Numbered from the stretch's first letter, positions 37,653-50,553 are shown. The stretch: 64,000 nucleotides of DNA from Candidatus Omnitrophota bacterium (GCA_003141835.1 PLNR01000006.1:78558-142557); one strand, 5' to 3'. A program made the numbers and translations. The notes: generated by a model not told the origin, from the sequence alone.

Positions 37653-38905
37653 GACGCGCTCTCCCCTGCCAAATAACCCGTCGAAAACGCCTGCTGGAGG
37701 TTATAACCGCCGCTCGGAGCGGTCAAGTCTATTATCTCTCCGGCAAAATACAAGCCCGGAATGATACGCGACTCCATCGTGCGCGGGTTGATGTCCTTGA
37801 CCGGGATGCCGCCGCACGTGACCATCGCCTCCTCGAGCGGTAAAGCGCCCGTAATCGTCATCCTGAAATCCTTGAGCAGCGCCGTTATCCCTTCCCTCTC
37901 TCCCTTGGCAAGCTGGTTTATCCTCTTTGCCGGGTCGAGGTTTAGCATCGACGCGAATACCGGGATCATCTTCAGCGGCAGCATATCTTTAAGGAGCGTC
38001 TTGATATTTATGCTCCCGTGCTCCTCTATATCACGCAGCATCCTGTTATCGAGCTGCTCCATCGTGAGCCCGGGTTTAAGGTCAATGGAAAGTGAAACTT
38101 CTTTTCTGTCCCCGAGGAGTTCGACGACCTGCGAGCTTAAGTCGAGGACCAGCGGCCCGGAGACGCCGAAATGCGTTAAGAGCATCTCTCCTATCTCGGA
38201 ATGTATTTTCTTGCCGCCGCATTCGAAAGTGATGCGCACGTTCTTGAGCGTCAGCCCCTGCATCTCGATCACCCAGGGTTCTTTGGTCTTTAACGGCACG
38301 AGACCGGGCCTTAAAGGGTTAAAGGTGTGTCCGAGCAATTTCGCGAAATGGAAACCGTCGCCGGTGGAGCCCGTCGCCTTATAGGATGCCCCGCCTGTCG
38401 CGAGGATGAGCCTGTTGGTCCACATCTCTGTCCTGCCTTCGACCTTCAAATGGAATATGCCGGCGTCGTTCCTGATGCCCATCACGCGCGAGCCGGTGAA
38501 GACATTGACGCCGGTCTCGGCGAGCGCTTTCTCGAGGGCCCTGACCACCGACATCGACTTGTCGTCGGACGGGAAGACCCTGCCCTGCCTTTCCGCCTTT
38601 GCCGAGAGGCCGTATTCCTTGAAGAAATCGATAAGGTCGTTGTTGAAAAATTCGTAGAACGCCGAACGCAGGAACTGTCCCTGCTTGCCGAATTTCTGCA
38701 TGAACGGATCCATGTCGGCGGTGTTGGTCAGGTTGCACCTGCCCTTGCCGGTTATCAGTATCTTCCTGCCGACAGAGGCGTTCCGCTCGACCAGCGCGAC
38801 GTTCTTTTTTAATTGCGCTGCGCGTATCGCGGCCATCGTGCCGGCCGGCCCGGCTCCGACGACCACGACATCATAATAATCAACGGCAGCCGTGCGGCCG
38901 GTCAT
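37640..38905 (-). CDS. HI0933/BaiN-family flavoprotein
   Basis: GAGPAG, KILITGKGRCNLTN, GRVFP, THFGVSGP, GGYNLQ. Confidence 0.92.
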   Translation of the reverse strand: MTGRTAAVDYYDVVVVGAGPAGTMAAIRAAQLKKNVALVERNASVGRKILITGKGRCNLTNTADMDPFMQKFGKQGQFLRSAFYEFFNNDLIDFFKEYGLSAKAERQGRVFPSDDKSMSVVRALEKALAETGVNVFTGSRVMGIRNDAGIFHLKVEGRTEMWTNRLILATGGASYKATGSTGDGFHFAKLLGHTFNPLRPGLVPLKTKEPWVIEMQGLTLKNVRITFECGGKKIHSEIGEMLLTHFGVSGPLVLDLSSQVVELLGDRKEVSLSIDLKPGLTMEQLDNRMLRDIEEHGSINIKTLLKDMLPLKMIPVFASMLNLDPAKRINQLAKGEREGITALLKDFRMTITGALPLEEAMVTCGGIPVKDINPRTMESRIIPGLYFAGEIIDLTAPSGGYNLQQAFSTGYLAGESASCEK

Positions 38906-39489
38906 TTCTTTTTCCTGTTCATGTAAAATATCCTCTTCGTTATTTTATAAGATATGAATATCAATACCAGCAGGCCAACGACGATGATCGTCGGTTTAGT
39001 GTATTTCACGAGGCTCGCGCCGAAGATCGTAAGCAGGATTATCCTCGGTACGACGCCTATAAACGTGCACAGGATGAAAGGCCCTAAAGGGATCTTCGTT
39101 ATCCCCGATGCGATGGAGAATACTTTAAACGGGATGATCGGCAAAAGGCGGCCGACCAGGACACCCCATAGGCCGTGTTTTTTCGCGAATGCTTCGGCTT
39201 TGTCTATGTGGTGGGGCTTTATTAATATATATTTGCCGTACCTTTTGATGACTGGCGCGCCGGCGTATTTCCCGATCATGTACCCGACTATCGCGCCGAG
39301 CGTCGCGCCGAGCGAGCCGAAGACCGTCACCGACCAGAATGAAAGGCCTAGCGCCCCGGCCCCGATTATTATGACCTCCGAGGGCAAGGGAACGATACTC
39401 GACTCGAGGAACATCGCGATAAAGACGCCGAAGTCGCCCAGTTCGGCGACGAGCTTTGTCACATGAGGCTGCATTCCGGCATCTAACAT
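38902..39489 (-). CDS. DedA family membrane protein
   Basis: ESSIVPLPSE, GRLLP; TGGACA-17-TAAAAT promoter 7 nt from ATG. Confidence 0.9.
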   Translation of the reverse strand: MLDAGMQPHVTKLVAELGDFGVFIAMFLESSIVPLPSEVIIIGAGALGLSFWSVTVFGSLGATLGAIVGYMIGKYAGAPVIKRYGKYILIKPHHIDKAEAFAKKHGLWGVLVGRLLPIIPFKVFSIASGITKIPLGPFILCTFIGVVPRIILLTIFGASLVKYTKPTIIVVGLLVLIFISYKITKRIFYMNRKKK

Positions 39490-39526
39490 AGGTAGTATTT
39501 TAACTTCTTTGGGGGGATTTGTCCAT

Positions 39527-39988
39527 CTATCTGAGCGGCGGCGGGGTGAGGTCGACTATATCGCTTACTGTCATCACTATAAGGTACTTCGGCTTCGGGA
39601 ACTGCGCCTCGGGATGCCTCTCGTGGCCCTGCTCGCCCTTCAGGTTCTTGATGAGGCGGTGGGCTATCCTTGCGGTGAGCTTTTCTTCCCAGGCTTTTAT
39701 AATATGCGGTTTCAGCTCTTCCTCTTTTATTATCTTCGCCGTGCCTTTCAGGCTGTAGCCCTTGAATTTATGCTCGTCGACGGCGCTCAAGCTTATCGCG
39801 GGATTCCTCTCGAGGTTAGCGCGCGTCTTTCCGGTATAAAGGTCGAGGAGATATATCGTCCCGTCGGCGTCTATCTTTACTATGCCCTTGCACGAGATAT
39901 GCGGCATCCCGTCAGGGTCTACCGTAGAGACGATGGTAAAATGCTGGCTGTGGAAAAATTTTATGACATCTTCCGGAAGCTTAACCAT
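39527..39988 (-). CDS. Pyridoxamine 5'-phosphate oxidase-like FMN-binding protein
   Basis: VSTVDPDGMPH, KTRANL..NP, GYSLKG. Confidence 0.85.
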   Translation of the reverse strand: MVKLPEDVIKFFHSQHFTIVSTVDPDGMPHISCKGIVKIDADGTIYLLDLYTGKTRANLERNPAISLSAVDEHKFKGYSLKGTAKIIKEEELKPHIIKAWEEKLTARIAHRLIKNLKGEQGHERHPEAQFPKPKYLIVMTVSDIVDLTPPPLR

Positions 39989-42900
39989 CTTTTAACCCTT
40001 TCTTTTTCCAAAGCAGGTATATTGCGGGGTATACGACCAGTTCCATCAAAAATGACGTAAATATGCCGCCCACCATGGGCGCGGCAATCCTCTTCATCAT
40101 ATCCGCCCCGATCTCGTAGGTCTGCGCCCACATTATCGGCAGCAACCCTATGAACAATACGCAGGCGGTCATCATCTTCGGCCTGACCCTTTTTACCGCG
40201 CCGTGGATGATGGCCTCTTTGAGGTCGGCTACCGTATTAAGCAGGCCTTTCTTCTTCATATCCTCGTAAGAGAGGTCGAGATAGAGGAGCATGAATATGC
40301 CGGTCTCTGCGTCGACGCCGAGGAGCGCTATTATGCCCGCCCAGACGCCGATGCTCATATTATAATGCAGCAGCCAAAGTATCCAGACGACGCCTACGAG
40401 GGAGAACGGCACCGCAAGAAGTATTATGAACGTCTTTACGTAACTGCGCGTATTCATGTGAATGAGGAAGAATATTATGAATATCGTGAGCGGCAGGACT
40501 ACCTTCATCCGCTCTTTGACCCTTTCCATAAATTCATACTGGCCGCTGAAAGCTACCGAATATCCGGCGGGAAGCTTCAGCTCTTTCTTCAATATCTTCT
40601 TCGCTTCGTCGACATAACTTCCGATATCCCGGCCGGCGATATCGACATAGACGTAGCCGGCGAGCCGGCCGTTCTCGTCGCGTATCATCGACGGGCCGGT
40701 CGTGATCTTTATATCGGCCAATTGGCCAAGCGGGATATTCGCTCCGCCCGGGGTCGAGATATAAGTCCTCTTTATCTTCTCTATGTCATCCCTCAGTCCG
40801 CGCGGATAACGGATATTTACCGGGAACCTCTCCCGCCCTTCGATCGTCTGGGTGATATTCTCGCCGCCGATAGCCGACATGAGCGTCGTATGCACCTCTT
40901 CGGTCCTCAGTCCGTATCTGGCTATCTCGTCTTTCTTAAGGGTAAAGTCAACAAAGTATCCGCCGGAGGTCCTCTCGGCGTAAATGCTCCTCGTCCCGTT
41001 AAGCCCCTTAAGCAGGCCTTCTATCTCGGTGCCGAGTTTTTCGGTCACTTTCAAGTCGTCGCCGTATATTTTTATCCCGACCGGGGTGCGCACACCGGTC
41101 GTCAGCATGTCTATCCTCGCCTTTATCGGCATAGTCCACGCGTTGACCTGCCCGGGTAGCTGCAGTTTCGCGTCCATCTCGTTTATCAGGCCGTCCCAAG
41201 TCAGGCCCTTCCTCCATTCGTTCTGGGGCTTGAGGTTTACGACCGTCTCCATCATCGAAAATGGCGCCGGGTCGGTGGAACTATCGGCGCGCCCTGCCTT
41301 CCCGAATACGCTTGTCACCTCCGGGAATGTCTTAAGTATCCGGTCCTGCGTTTTAAGCAGTTTCGACGCTTCGGTCACCGAGATCCCGGGCGGCGTAGTC
41401 GGCATATAGAGGACCGTGCCTTCGTTTAAGGGCGGCATGAACTCCTTGCCGAGCGTTAAGAATAGCGGCATTGAAACCAAAAATATTACCGCCGCGCAGG
41501 ATATTATGAAAAACGGCCGCTTCAGGACAAACCGGACGACGGGTTCATACCATTTGAACATGACCCTGCTTACCGGATGTTTCTCTTCCGGTTGGATCTT
41601 CCCGACAAGGACATGGTTGGTAATGCTGCACAACCATTTCGGCCTGAACTTATAGAAATCGAGCCGCGTGAACAGCAGCCTTATCGCCGGGTCGAGCGTT
41701 ATCGCCAGCAGTGCCGCGAAGAACATCGCGAACGTCTTCGTAAATGCCAACGGCTTGAATAACCTTCCCTCTATCCCCTCAAGAGTGAATATCGGCAGGA
41801 AAGCTACGGCTATGACCATCAATGAGAAGAACGACGGCCTGCCCACCTCTTTTATCGACGCGATGAGCACTTCTTTATAATCGCCTTTCCTGCCTTCTTC
41901 CTGCCAGCGCGAGAGGCGTTTATGCGAGTTCTCGACGACCACGATGGCCGCGTCGACCATGGCTCCTATCGCTATGGCTATGCCGCCCAGACTCATCACA
42001 TTCGAGGTGAGCCCCATAAAATACATCGGGATGAACGCGATAGCTACGGCGATCGGAAGCGTGATGATCGGTATGATAGCGGAAGGGATATGGAGCAGGA
42101 ATATAAGTATGATGATGCTTACTACCGCCATTTCTTCGTAGAGTTTCCTTTTTAACGTATCTACCGCCTTGATGATAAGGTCGGACCGGTCGTAAGTGAC
42201 TACGAGTTTCACCCCTTCGGGAAGCTGGATATCCTTTATCTTATCCTTGACCCTCTCGATAACGGCGAGCGCGTTCTCTTTATACCTCATCACGACTATG
42301 CCGCCGACGACTTCGCCCTTGCCGTTCAATTCGGCCACGCCCCTTCTTATCTCGGGGCCGAACTGCACCTTCGCAACATCTTTTATCCTGACCGGGACGC
42401 CGTTCTTATCCGACCGCAGCACGATATCTTCAATGTCCTTAAGGGAGGTTATATAACCTCTCAGCGTCACCATATATTCTTTGCCCGAGAATTCCAAAAG
42501 CCTGGCGCCCGCGTCGTGATTTGATACTTTGAGCGCCATAACGACATCAGTCATGGGTATATTGTAGGCAAGCAGGGCGTTGGGATCGATCATCACCTGG
42601 TATTGTTTCACGAACCCGCCGACGCTCGTCACTTCGGCCACGCCCTTGACCGACTGGAGGGCGTATTTCAAGTGCCAGTTCTGGAATGTGGTCAGGTCCC
42701 GGATGGAATGCTTGCCGCTTTCGTCGACGAGGGCATACTCAAAGACCCATCCGACGCCTGTCGCGTCCGGGCCCAGCTCGGTCTTCGAATCGGCGGGCAG
42801 CTGGGGTATTACTTTCGAAAGATATTCCAGCACCCTTGAACGGGCCCAGTAAACATCCGTGCCATCTTCAAAAATAACATAAACGTATGAGAAACCGTAA

Positions 42901-43166
42901 TCCGAATACGCGCGGATATCTTTTACTTTAGGGGCGCCGAGAAGCGCGGCGACGATGGGATACGTGACCTGGTCCTCGATGAGCTGCGGTGGCCTGTCCC
43001 ATTTAGAAAATACGATGACCTGCGTGTCGGAAAGGTCGGGGATGGCGTCGAGCGGTATATTTTTTATGGCGAACCAGCCGCATAATACGGCGACACCCAC
43101 CATCACCAGGACGATGAACTTGTTCCTGGCGCAAAAATCGATTATCCGGTCTATTATATTTCCCAT
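39981..43166 (-). CDS. cusA: Cu/Ag RND efflux pump, inner membrane subunit
   Basis: DAIPDLSDTQVI, GPDATGVGWV, GAMVDAAIVVVEN, EFMPPLNEG, RVRPKMMT. Confidence 0.95.
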   Translation of the reverse strand: MGNIIDRIIDFCARNKFIVLVMVGVAVLCGWFAIKNIPLDAIPDLSDTQVIVFSKWDRPPQLIEDQVTYPIVAALLGAPKVKDIRAYSDYGFSYVYVIFEDGTDVYWARSRVLEYLSKVIPQLPADSKTELGPDATGVGWVFEYALVDESGKHSIRDLTTFQNWHLKYALQSVKGVAEVTSVGGFVKQYQVMIDPNALLAYNIPMTDVVMALKVSNHDAGARLLEFSGKEYMVTLRGYITSLKDIEDIVLRSDKNGVPVRIKDVAKVQFGPEIRRGVAELNGKGEVVGGIVVMRYKENALAVIERVKDKIKDIQLPEGVKLVVTYDRSDLIIKAVDTLKRKLYEEMAVVSIIILIFLLHIPSAIIPIITLPIAVAIAFIPMYFMGLTSNVMSLGGIAIAIGAMVDAAIVVVENSHKRLSRWQEEGRKGDYKEVLIASIKEVGRPSFFSLMVIAVAFLPIFTLEGIEGRLFKPLAFTKTFAMFFAALLAITLDPAIRLLFTRLDFYKFRPKWLCSITNHVLVGKIQPEEKHPVSRVMFKWYEPVVRFVLKRPFFIISCAAVIFLVSMPLFLTLGKEFMPPLNEGTVLYMPTTPPGISVTEASKLLKTQDRILKTFPEVTSVFGKAGRADSSTDPAPFSMMETVVNLKPQNEWRKGLTWDGLINEMDAKLQLPGQVNAWTMPIKARIDMLTTGVRTPVGIKIYGDDLKVTEKLGTEIEGLLKGLNGTRSIYAERTSGGYFVDFTLKKDEIARYGLRTEEVHTTLMSAIGGENITQTIEGRERFPVNIRYPRGLRDDIEKIKRTYISTPGGANIPLGQLADIKITTGPSMIRDENGRLAGYVYVDIAGRDIGSYVDEAKKILKKELKLPAGYSVAFSGQYEFMERVKERMKVVLPLTIFIIFFLIHMNTRSYVKTFIILLAVPFSLVGVVWILWLLHYNMSIGVWAGIIALLGVDAETGIFMLLYLDLSYEDMKKKGLLNTVADLKEAIIHGAVKRVRPKMMTACVLFIGLLPIMWAQTYEIGADMMKRIAAPMVGGIFTSFLMELVVYPAIYLLWKKKGLKDG

Positions 43167-43167
43167 A

Positions 43168-44193
43168 TTAACGTAACGTGCTCTCCGAATCGATGAAGAA
43201 ATTTCCGGACGTCACGACCTCTTCCCCTTCGGACAGCCCGGAAATGACCTTATAATAATTCCCCGCCTTCACTCCTAATTTAACATCGCGTTTCTCGAAA
43301 TAACCGTCGGGCTTGACTACAAAGACGACCTGCCGCTCACCGGTATCGACCACGGCCTCTTCCGGGACGGCAAGGGCTTCTTCCGGGTCCCCTTTCATGA
43401 CCACATCGACGCGCATCTCAGGTTTGAGTCTATTTCCGGGGTTATCTATCTCAGCCCTCGCGTTTAAAGTCCTTGTCACGGGATCGGCTACAGGCGTCAG
43501 CGCGGCGATCTTCCCTTCAAATCTTTCTCCGGGAAAAGCAACCGCTGTTATTTCCACCGGCATGCCTTCTTTAACGGCTGCGATATCGGATTCGTATATC
43601 GCTATATAGACCCATGCCTTATCGCCCTCTTCCGGCAGGTAGAGGTTCCTCTGCGGCTGCCCTTTCTGCGCTAATTCTTTTATCTGGTCTTTGCTCATCC
43701 CCAGGAGGAGAAGCCGCTTCTCCGCAGCCGCGATCATGGAGTCCATCTGCTGTTTTATGACCGGCAATGTGGAATCCACGGTTAAATCTTTCGCCTTCAG
43801 CGCCTGCAGGTACTCGGCCTGGGCAACGTATAATTCCGGGTCGTAGGCAATCCTTCCCACTGTCCGTATCTCGCGTTCGAGATGCTGCTTGCCGATCTTT
43901 TCTCTCTGTATGCCGACAAGCTCCTGTTTCTCCGGGCTCACGTAAACGCCCTTTGCCGCGCCTGCCGGCTGGGTTTTCTCGTCGTAGACAGGCACATAGT
44001 CCATCCCCATCTGGTCCTTCGCCGGGACCGGGGATGTTATTTGCGGGTTCATTGGATTGCGGTAGTAAAGTATCTTCGGTTTTGCGGATTCCTGCGGCTT
44101 GTTAACCTTACGGCCGGCAGCCGTACCGATAACCGCGGCCGCGGCCACCACCAAAATTATTAAAATGATCTCGATAAAAATATTCTTCTTCAT
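43168..44193 (-). CDS. cusB: RND periplasmic adaptor with heavy-metal-binding motif
   Basis: YYRNPMNP...KDQMGMDYVP, FFIDSES terminus. Confidence 0.88.
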   Translation of the reverse strand: MKKNIFIEIILIILVVAAAAVIGTAAGRKVNKPQESAKPKILYYRNPMNPQITSPVPAKDQMGMDYVPVYDEKTQPAGAAKGVYVSPEKQELVGIQREKIGKQHLEREIRTVGRIAYDPELYVAQAEYLQALKAKDLTVDSTLPVIKQQMDSMIAAAEKRLLLLGMSKDQIKELAQKGQPQRNLYLPEEGDKAWVYIAIYESDIAAVKEGMPVEITAVAFPGERFEGKIAALTPVADPVTRTLNARAEIDNPGNRLKPEMRVDVVMKGDPEEALAVPEEAVVDTGERQVVFVVKPDGYFEKRDVKLGVKAGNYYKVISGLSEGEEVVTSGNFFIDSESTLR

Positions 44194-45452
44194 TTTTGCG
44201 CCCCCGTAAATTCAGTGCCGGTAGCCTTTTCCAAGTCCGCAACATCAGTATTATATTTCACCAGGATCCTGTAATAATCCATCTTCGTATCTATGAGCAT
44301 CCTCTCGCTGTCCAGCAGCGCCATCAGGTCGCCTCTTCCGGAACGGAAATTGGCGATAGACGAATTTATCGAGCTTTCCAGCATCGGTATCAGGTTATTT
44401 TTATTGAGGTCTATTTTGCTTTTAGAGACCGCTATATCGGTAAAAAGGTTCTTTGTCTCCAGCAGGGCCTTGTTCTTCATCGCCTCATACGCGGCCTTCG
44501 CCTCATCGAGGTTTGATATCGCTTCCTTGATCTCGTATTTTTGTTTTGTCCAGAACCAGAACGGCACCGTAAAGGCGAGCATCAGATCCCACAATCCGAA
44601 ACTGCCCGTGCCTATCCCCCTTAAAGTGATCCCGGCCGCCAGGTCGGGCCAGTTATTTTTTTCGGCGAGCGTCTTCGCGTGTTTGTTCCTCTCGATCGCG
44701 TAAGAAAAGGTAAGCAATTCCGGCTCGTTCTCCAGGGTGAGCTTGTATAAGGAGGTTATATCCCTGTTAAAGACGACATCCTCGCGCAATTCAGGCGCGG
44801 CTAAGGGGCTTTCCGGGTCGCGGCTTAAAAGGCTGTTCACGCGCGCCTTCTTTGCCGCCTGTTCCAGTTTCAGGTTTGCGATCTTATTGCTGAGATTCGC
44901 TATCTCGAGATTTATCTTGAAGAGGTCTTCCTGCGTGGTTTTTCCCGTGATGTATTTCGCTTCCGATATCCCGGCCACCGACTCAAGCAGTCCGAGGCTC
45001 TGCTCGTTCAGCTCAATCTCTTTGTAATTCATGAAGAGGTCATAATATGCGCCCTTGACCTCATTCACCACTTCCAGTTCTTTATTTTTATACTCGGACG
45101 CGAATATCTGCGATTCGGCAAGCGCGATCTTCCCCTTTGTCGATAACTTCCCGAAAAGCGGCAGGAACTGCGAAATAGTGAGCATATGTTCGTCGTTCGG
45201 CGCCTTGAACACATTTAAAGTATTGGGTATTTTCCAGAATGAAACGCCGATCGTGGGAGCGTCGAGGGATTTCGCCATGGGCACTCTCGCCAAAGACGCG
45301 TCCCATCGGTTCTTCGCCGCCAGGATCTCGGGATTCTTCTCTTTTGCCTCTTTGATAAGGCTGTCTAGAGAAAGTACATCGGAGGGATAAGAAAGGGTTT
45401 CGGTAAATAATAACGCGGCCGCCAGGAATAATGCGGAGAGCCTCTTCGGCAT
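44190..45452 (-). CDS. TolC/CusC-family outer membrane channel
   Basis: Start re-set to MPKRLSALF signal; NPEI, OEP helical repeats. Confidence 0.88.
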   Translation of the reverse strand: MPKRLSALFLAAALLFTETLSYPSDVLSLDSLIKEAKEKNPEILAAKNRWDASLARVPMAKSLDAPTIGVSFWKIPNTLNVFKAPNDEHMLTISQFLPLFGKLSTKGKIALAESQIFASEYKNKELEVVNEVKGAYYDLFMNYKEIELNEQSLGLLESVAGISEAKYITGKTTQEDLFKINLEIANLSNKIANLKLEQAAKKARVNSLLSRDPESPLAAPELREDVVFNRDITSLYKLTLENEPELLTFSYAIERNKHAKTLAEKNNWPDLAAGITLRGIGTGSFGLWDLMLAFTVPFWFWTKQKYEIKEAISNLDEAKAAYEAMKNKALLETKNLFTDIAVSKSKIDLNKNNLIPMLESSINSSIANFRSGRGDLMALLDSERMLIDTKMDYYRILVKYNTDVADLEKATGTEFTGAQK

Positions 45453-45463
45453 ATGGTCAGCTC

Positions 45464-46075
45464 TTATTTTGAGAAATGTTTCTTCTTGTACTCCTCGAGC
45501 ACCTGTATCGCCTTGTCCTTGCATTGCCCGCAGACGGTGCCGAGTTTCGTGTGTTCCTGCAATTCAAGGTATGTCCTGGCGCCCTCCAACACGGCATTTT
45601 CTATCTCCGTATCCGTGACATTCATGCACTGGCATACGGTATGGGCCTTTTCTTCCTCGACCTTATCGGTCATGCCGTTTCTGGTGTAATAATCGCTTAT
45701 GGCGGCGCGCAGGGCCTTATGGCCGAGGACCGAACAATGTATCTTATGCTCCGGCAGGCCGCCGAGCTCTTTCGCTATATCTTTCGCGGTCAGGTGGTAC
45801 GCCTTATCGAGGGTCTTGCCAATCACGATCTCTGAAAGTATGGACGTGCTGGCGATCGCGCTCGCGCAGCCGTATGTCTTCCATTTGCATTCGGCGATCG
45901 TATTCTTCTTCTTGTCGACCTTTATCGCGACGACCATCTCGTCGCCGCATTTTATATTGCCGACGATGCCCCTGCCGTCCGGATCGTATTTTGCCTCGTC
46001 CTCAAGGACGTTGCGGGGATGCATGAAGTGGTCTTTTACTTTTTCCGAATATACCCATTCAAAATTTTTGTCCAT
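45464..46075 (-). CDS. nifU: NifU/IscU scaffold with BFD-like [2Fe-2S] domain
   Basis: CGD, GCASAIAS, KIHCS; C-terminal CQC...CGQC. Confidence 0.85.
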   Translation of the reverse strand: MDKNFEWVYSEKVKDHFMHPRNVLEDEAKYDPDGRGIVGNIKCGDEMVVAIKVDKKKNTIAECKWKTYGCASAIASTSILSEIVIGKTLDKAYHLTAKDIAKELGGLPEHKIHCSVLGHKALRAAISDYYTRNGMTDKVEEEKAHTVCQCMNVTDTEIENAVLEGARTYLELQEHTKLGTVCGQCKDKAIQVLEEYKKKHFSK

Positions 46076-46078
46076 GGC

Positions 46079-47251
46079 TTACCTCACCGTAGACATTTTC
46101 CTGATCTTGTCTATGACCAGGGCGGTCTTTTCGACCGTATAATCGATGTCCTCTTCGGTGTTATCCCTGCCGAGGCTCATCCTGATCGAGCCGTGCGCCT
46201 CTTCAGCCGGGAGGCCAGCCGCTATCAGGACATGCGACGGGTCGAGCGAGCCGGACGCGCATGCCGAACCGGTCGATACGGCTATTCCCTCGAGGTCGAG
46301 GTAGAGGAGTATCGCTTCTCCCTCGGCGCCAAAGAATGAGACGTTCAAAGTCCCGGGCAGCGAATCGGTCGGATGGCCGTTGAACTGGATATTGGGGATA
46401 TTTTTTTCGATGCCGGCTTTAAGCCTGGCCTTAAGCGACAACAAACGCTTCGCCTCGGGGCCCATTTCGGTAACACGCATCTCGATGGCTTTACCGAAAC
46501 CGGCTATGCCTATCGTATTCTCGGTTCCCGCGCGCCTGCCCCTCTCCTGGTGCCCGCCCCGTATAAAAGGACAGAACGGCACTCCGGGCGAGACATAAAG
46601 CGCGCCTACGCCTTTCGGCCCGTATATCTTATGGGCCGAGAGCGAAAGATAATCGACGCCCAGCTCGTGGACATTGACGGGTATCTTGCCGACCGCCTGT
46701 ATCGCGTCGGTATGGAACATCGCGCCGTGTTTATGGGCGATCCTGCCTATCTCTTTTATGTCCTGTATCGTGCCGATCTCGTTATTGGCCATCATGATCG
46801 TGACGAGCGCGGTCTTATCCGATATGACCGAAGAATATTTCTCCATGTCTATCTTCCCGGTCTTATGCACGGGCAGGTAGACGACGTCGATGCCTCTCTC
46901 CTCGAGGCATGCCGCCGCTTCCAGGATACACGGATGCTCTATTTGGGACGTTATTATCTGGTGTCTTTTTGTGTGGGGCGCCTCGCAGTGCCTCGCGGCG
47001 CAATAAAGCAGGTTCAGGACGGTGTTGTTCGCCTCGGATCCGCTTCCGGAAAATACAATGTCCTCGGCCTTTCCCCCGATAAACGTGCCTATTTTTTCCC
47101 TCGCGTCATCGATGAGGCGCCGCGCCTGCCTGCCGAAACTGTGTAAACTGGAGGGATTCCCGAAGGCGTCCATCGCTTCTATCATCGCCTTCTTTACTTC
47201 CGGATGCAATGGCGTTGTCGCGTTATGATCCAGATATACTTTGCGTTTCAA
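46079..47251 (-). CDS. iscS: Cysteine desulfurase (IscS/NifS)
   Basis: TTG start at 47251 after GGAGA; YLDHNATT, SAHKIYGPKG, STGSACASG. Confidence 0.92.
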   Translation of the reverse strand: MKRKVYLDHNATTPLHPEVKKAMIEAMDAFGNPSSLHSFGRQARRLIDDAREKIGTFIGGKAEDIVFSGSGSEANNTVLNLLYCAARHCEAPHTKRHQIITSQIEHPCILEAAACLEERGIDVVYLPVHKTGKIDMEKYSSVISDKTALVTIMMANNEIGTIQDIKEIGRIAHKHGAMFHTDAIQAVGKIPVNVHELGVDYLSLSAHKIYGPKGVGALYVSPGVPFCPFIRGGHQERGRRAGTENTIGIAGFGKAIEMRVTEMGPEAKRLLSLKARLKAGIEKNIPNIQFNGHPTDSLPGTLNVSFFGAEGEAILLYLDLEGIAVSTGSACASGSLDPSHVLIAAGLPAEEAHGSIRMSLGRDNTEEDIDYTVEKTALVIDKIRKMSTVR

Positions 47252-47271
47252 TTTAGTTTCTCCTTGGAAGT

Positions 47272-48198
47272 TTACTCCTGGAACAGCCAGGTCGAAAGGT
47301 ACCTTTCTCCCGTATCGGGAAGCAGGGCAACTATCGTTTTCCCTGCAGATTCCGGGCGTTTTGCCACCTCTAATGCCGCCCATAATGCGGCGCCGCTCGA
47401 GATCCCCACGAGGATGCCCTCTTCTTTTGCAAGCCTGCGGGAGGTCGCTCCGGAGTCTTCGGCGGTCACCTGGATTATCTCATCAATTATGTTTTTGTTC
47501 AATACTTTCGGGACGAATCCCGCGCCTATCCCCTGTATCTTGTGGGGTCCCGGATTACCGCCGGATAGAACGGGAGAATCCTTCGGCTCAACCGCTATTA
47601 TCTTCACTTTAGGATTTTTCTTTTTCAGGACTTCGCCGACGCCTGTTATCGTTCCGCCGGTGCCGACCCCTGAGATGAACACGTCGACTTTACCGTCGGT
47701 ATCCTTCAGGATCTCTTCCGCCGTCGTCCTGCGGTGTATCTCGGGATTGGCCGGGTTGTCGAATTGCTGCGGCATAAAAGCATTAGGGGTGCTATTTACA
47801 AGTTCTTCCGCTTTCTGGATAGCGCCCTTCATGCCTTTTGCGCCCTCTGTCAAAACTATCTCCGCTCCCAGGATCTTAAGCAGCTGCCTGCGTTCGACAC
47901 TCATTGTCTCGGGCATCGTTAAGACCAGTTTATAGCCTTTTGCGGCGGCGACAAATGCCAAAGCAATGCCCGTATTCCCGCTCGTCGGCTCGATGATCAC
48001 GGTGCCTTTCTTAAGCTTGCCCGCCTTCTCGGCCGCCTCGATCAGCGCGACGCCTAACCTGTCCTTGACGCTGGATAGCGGATTGAATGATTCAAGTTTT
48101 GCAATAACCGTCGCGTTCAAGCCTTTCGTAAGGCGATTTATCCTGACCAGTGGCGTGTTACCCACCGTCTTTGTTATATCGTCAAATATTCTCGCCAT
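47272..48198 (-). CDS. cysK: Cysteine synthase A
   Basis: [30 protein letters not shown]. Confidence 0.96.
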   Translation of the reverse strand: MARIFDDITKTVGNTPLVRINRLTKGLNATVIAKLESFNPLSSVKDRLGVALIEAAEKAGKLKKGTVIIEPTSGNTGIALAFVAAAKGYKLVLTMPETMSVERRQLLKILGAEIVLTEGAKGMKGAIQKAEELVNSTPNAFMPQQFDNPANPEIHRRTTAEEILKDTDGKVDVFISGVGTGGTITGVGEVLKKKNPKVKIIAVEPKDSPVLSGGNPGPHKIQGIGAGFVPKVLNKNIIDEIIQVTAEDSGATSRRLAKEEGILVGISSGAALWAALEVAKRPESAGKTIVALLPDTGERYLSTWLFQE

Positions 48199-48217
48199 CT
48201 TATTGTCTCCTTGATAG

Positions 48218-50424
<2,207 letters not shown>

Positions 50425-50530
50425 GAACGACCTCTTGACTATGCTCCTCAACTCCAGGTGACTGGTCGTCCAGGTGCTTTTTTGATTTTTTTAAGTTCCC
50501 GGTGATCCGGAAAACACAAAAACCTAAACT

Positions 50531-50553
50531 ACCCTTCGGCTGCGCCGCAGGGT
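50531..50553. repeat. CCCTTCG..CAGGG-type REP-like element
   Basis: ACCCTTCGGCTGCGCCGCAGGGT directly after the yezD stop. Confidence 0.45.

Noticed and set aside
40203-41159. 318-aa plus ORF, and similar long plus ORFs at 2940, 8904, 46373 and 62925
   Set aside because: Antisense to well-supported genes; typical of GC-rich codon usage.
50425-50553. SAM riboswitch or T-box ahead of porin/metY
   Set aside because: No SAM-I core or T-box sequence recognisable.
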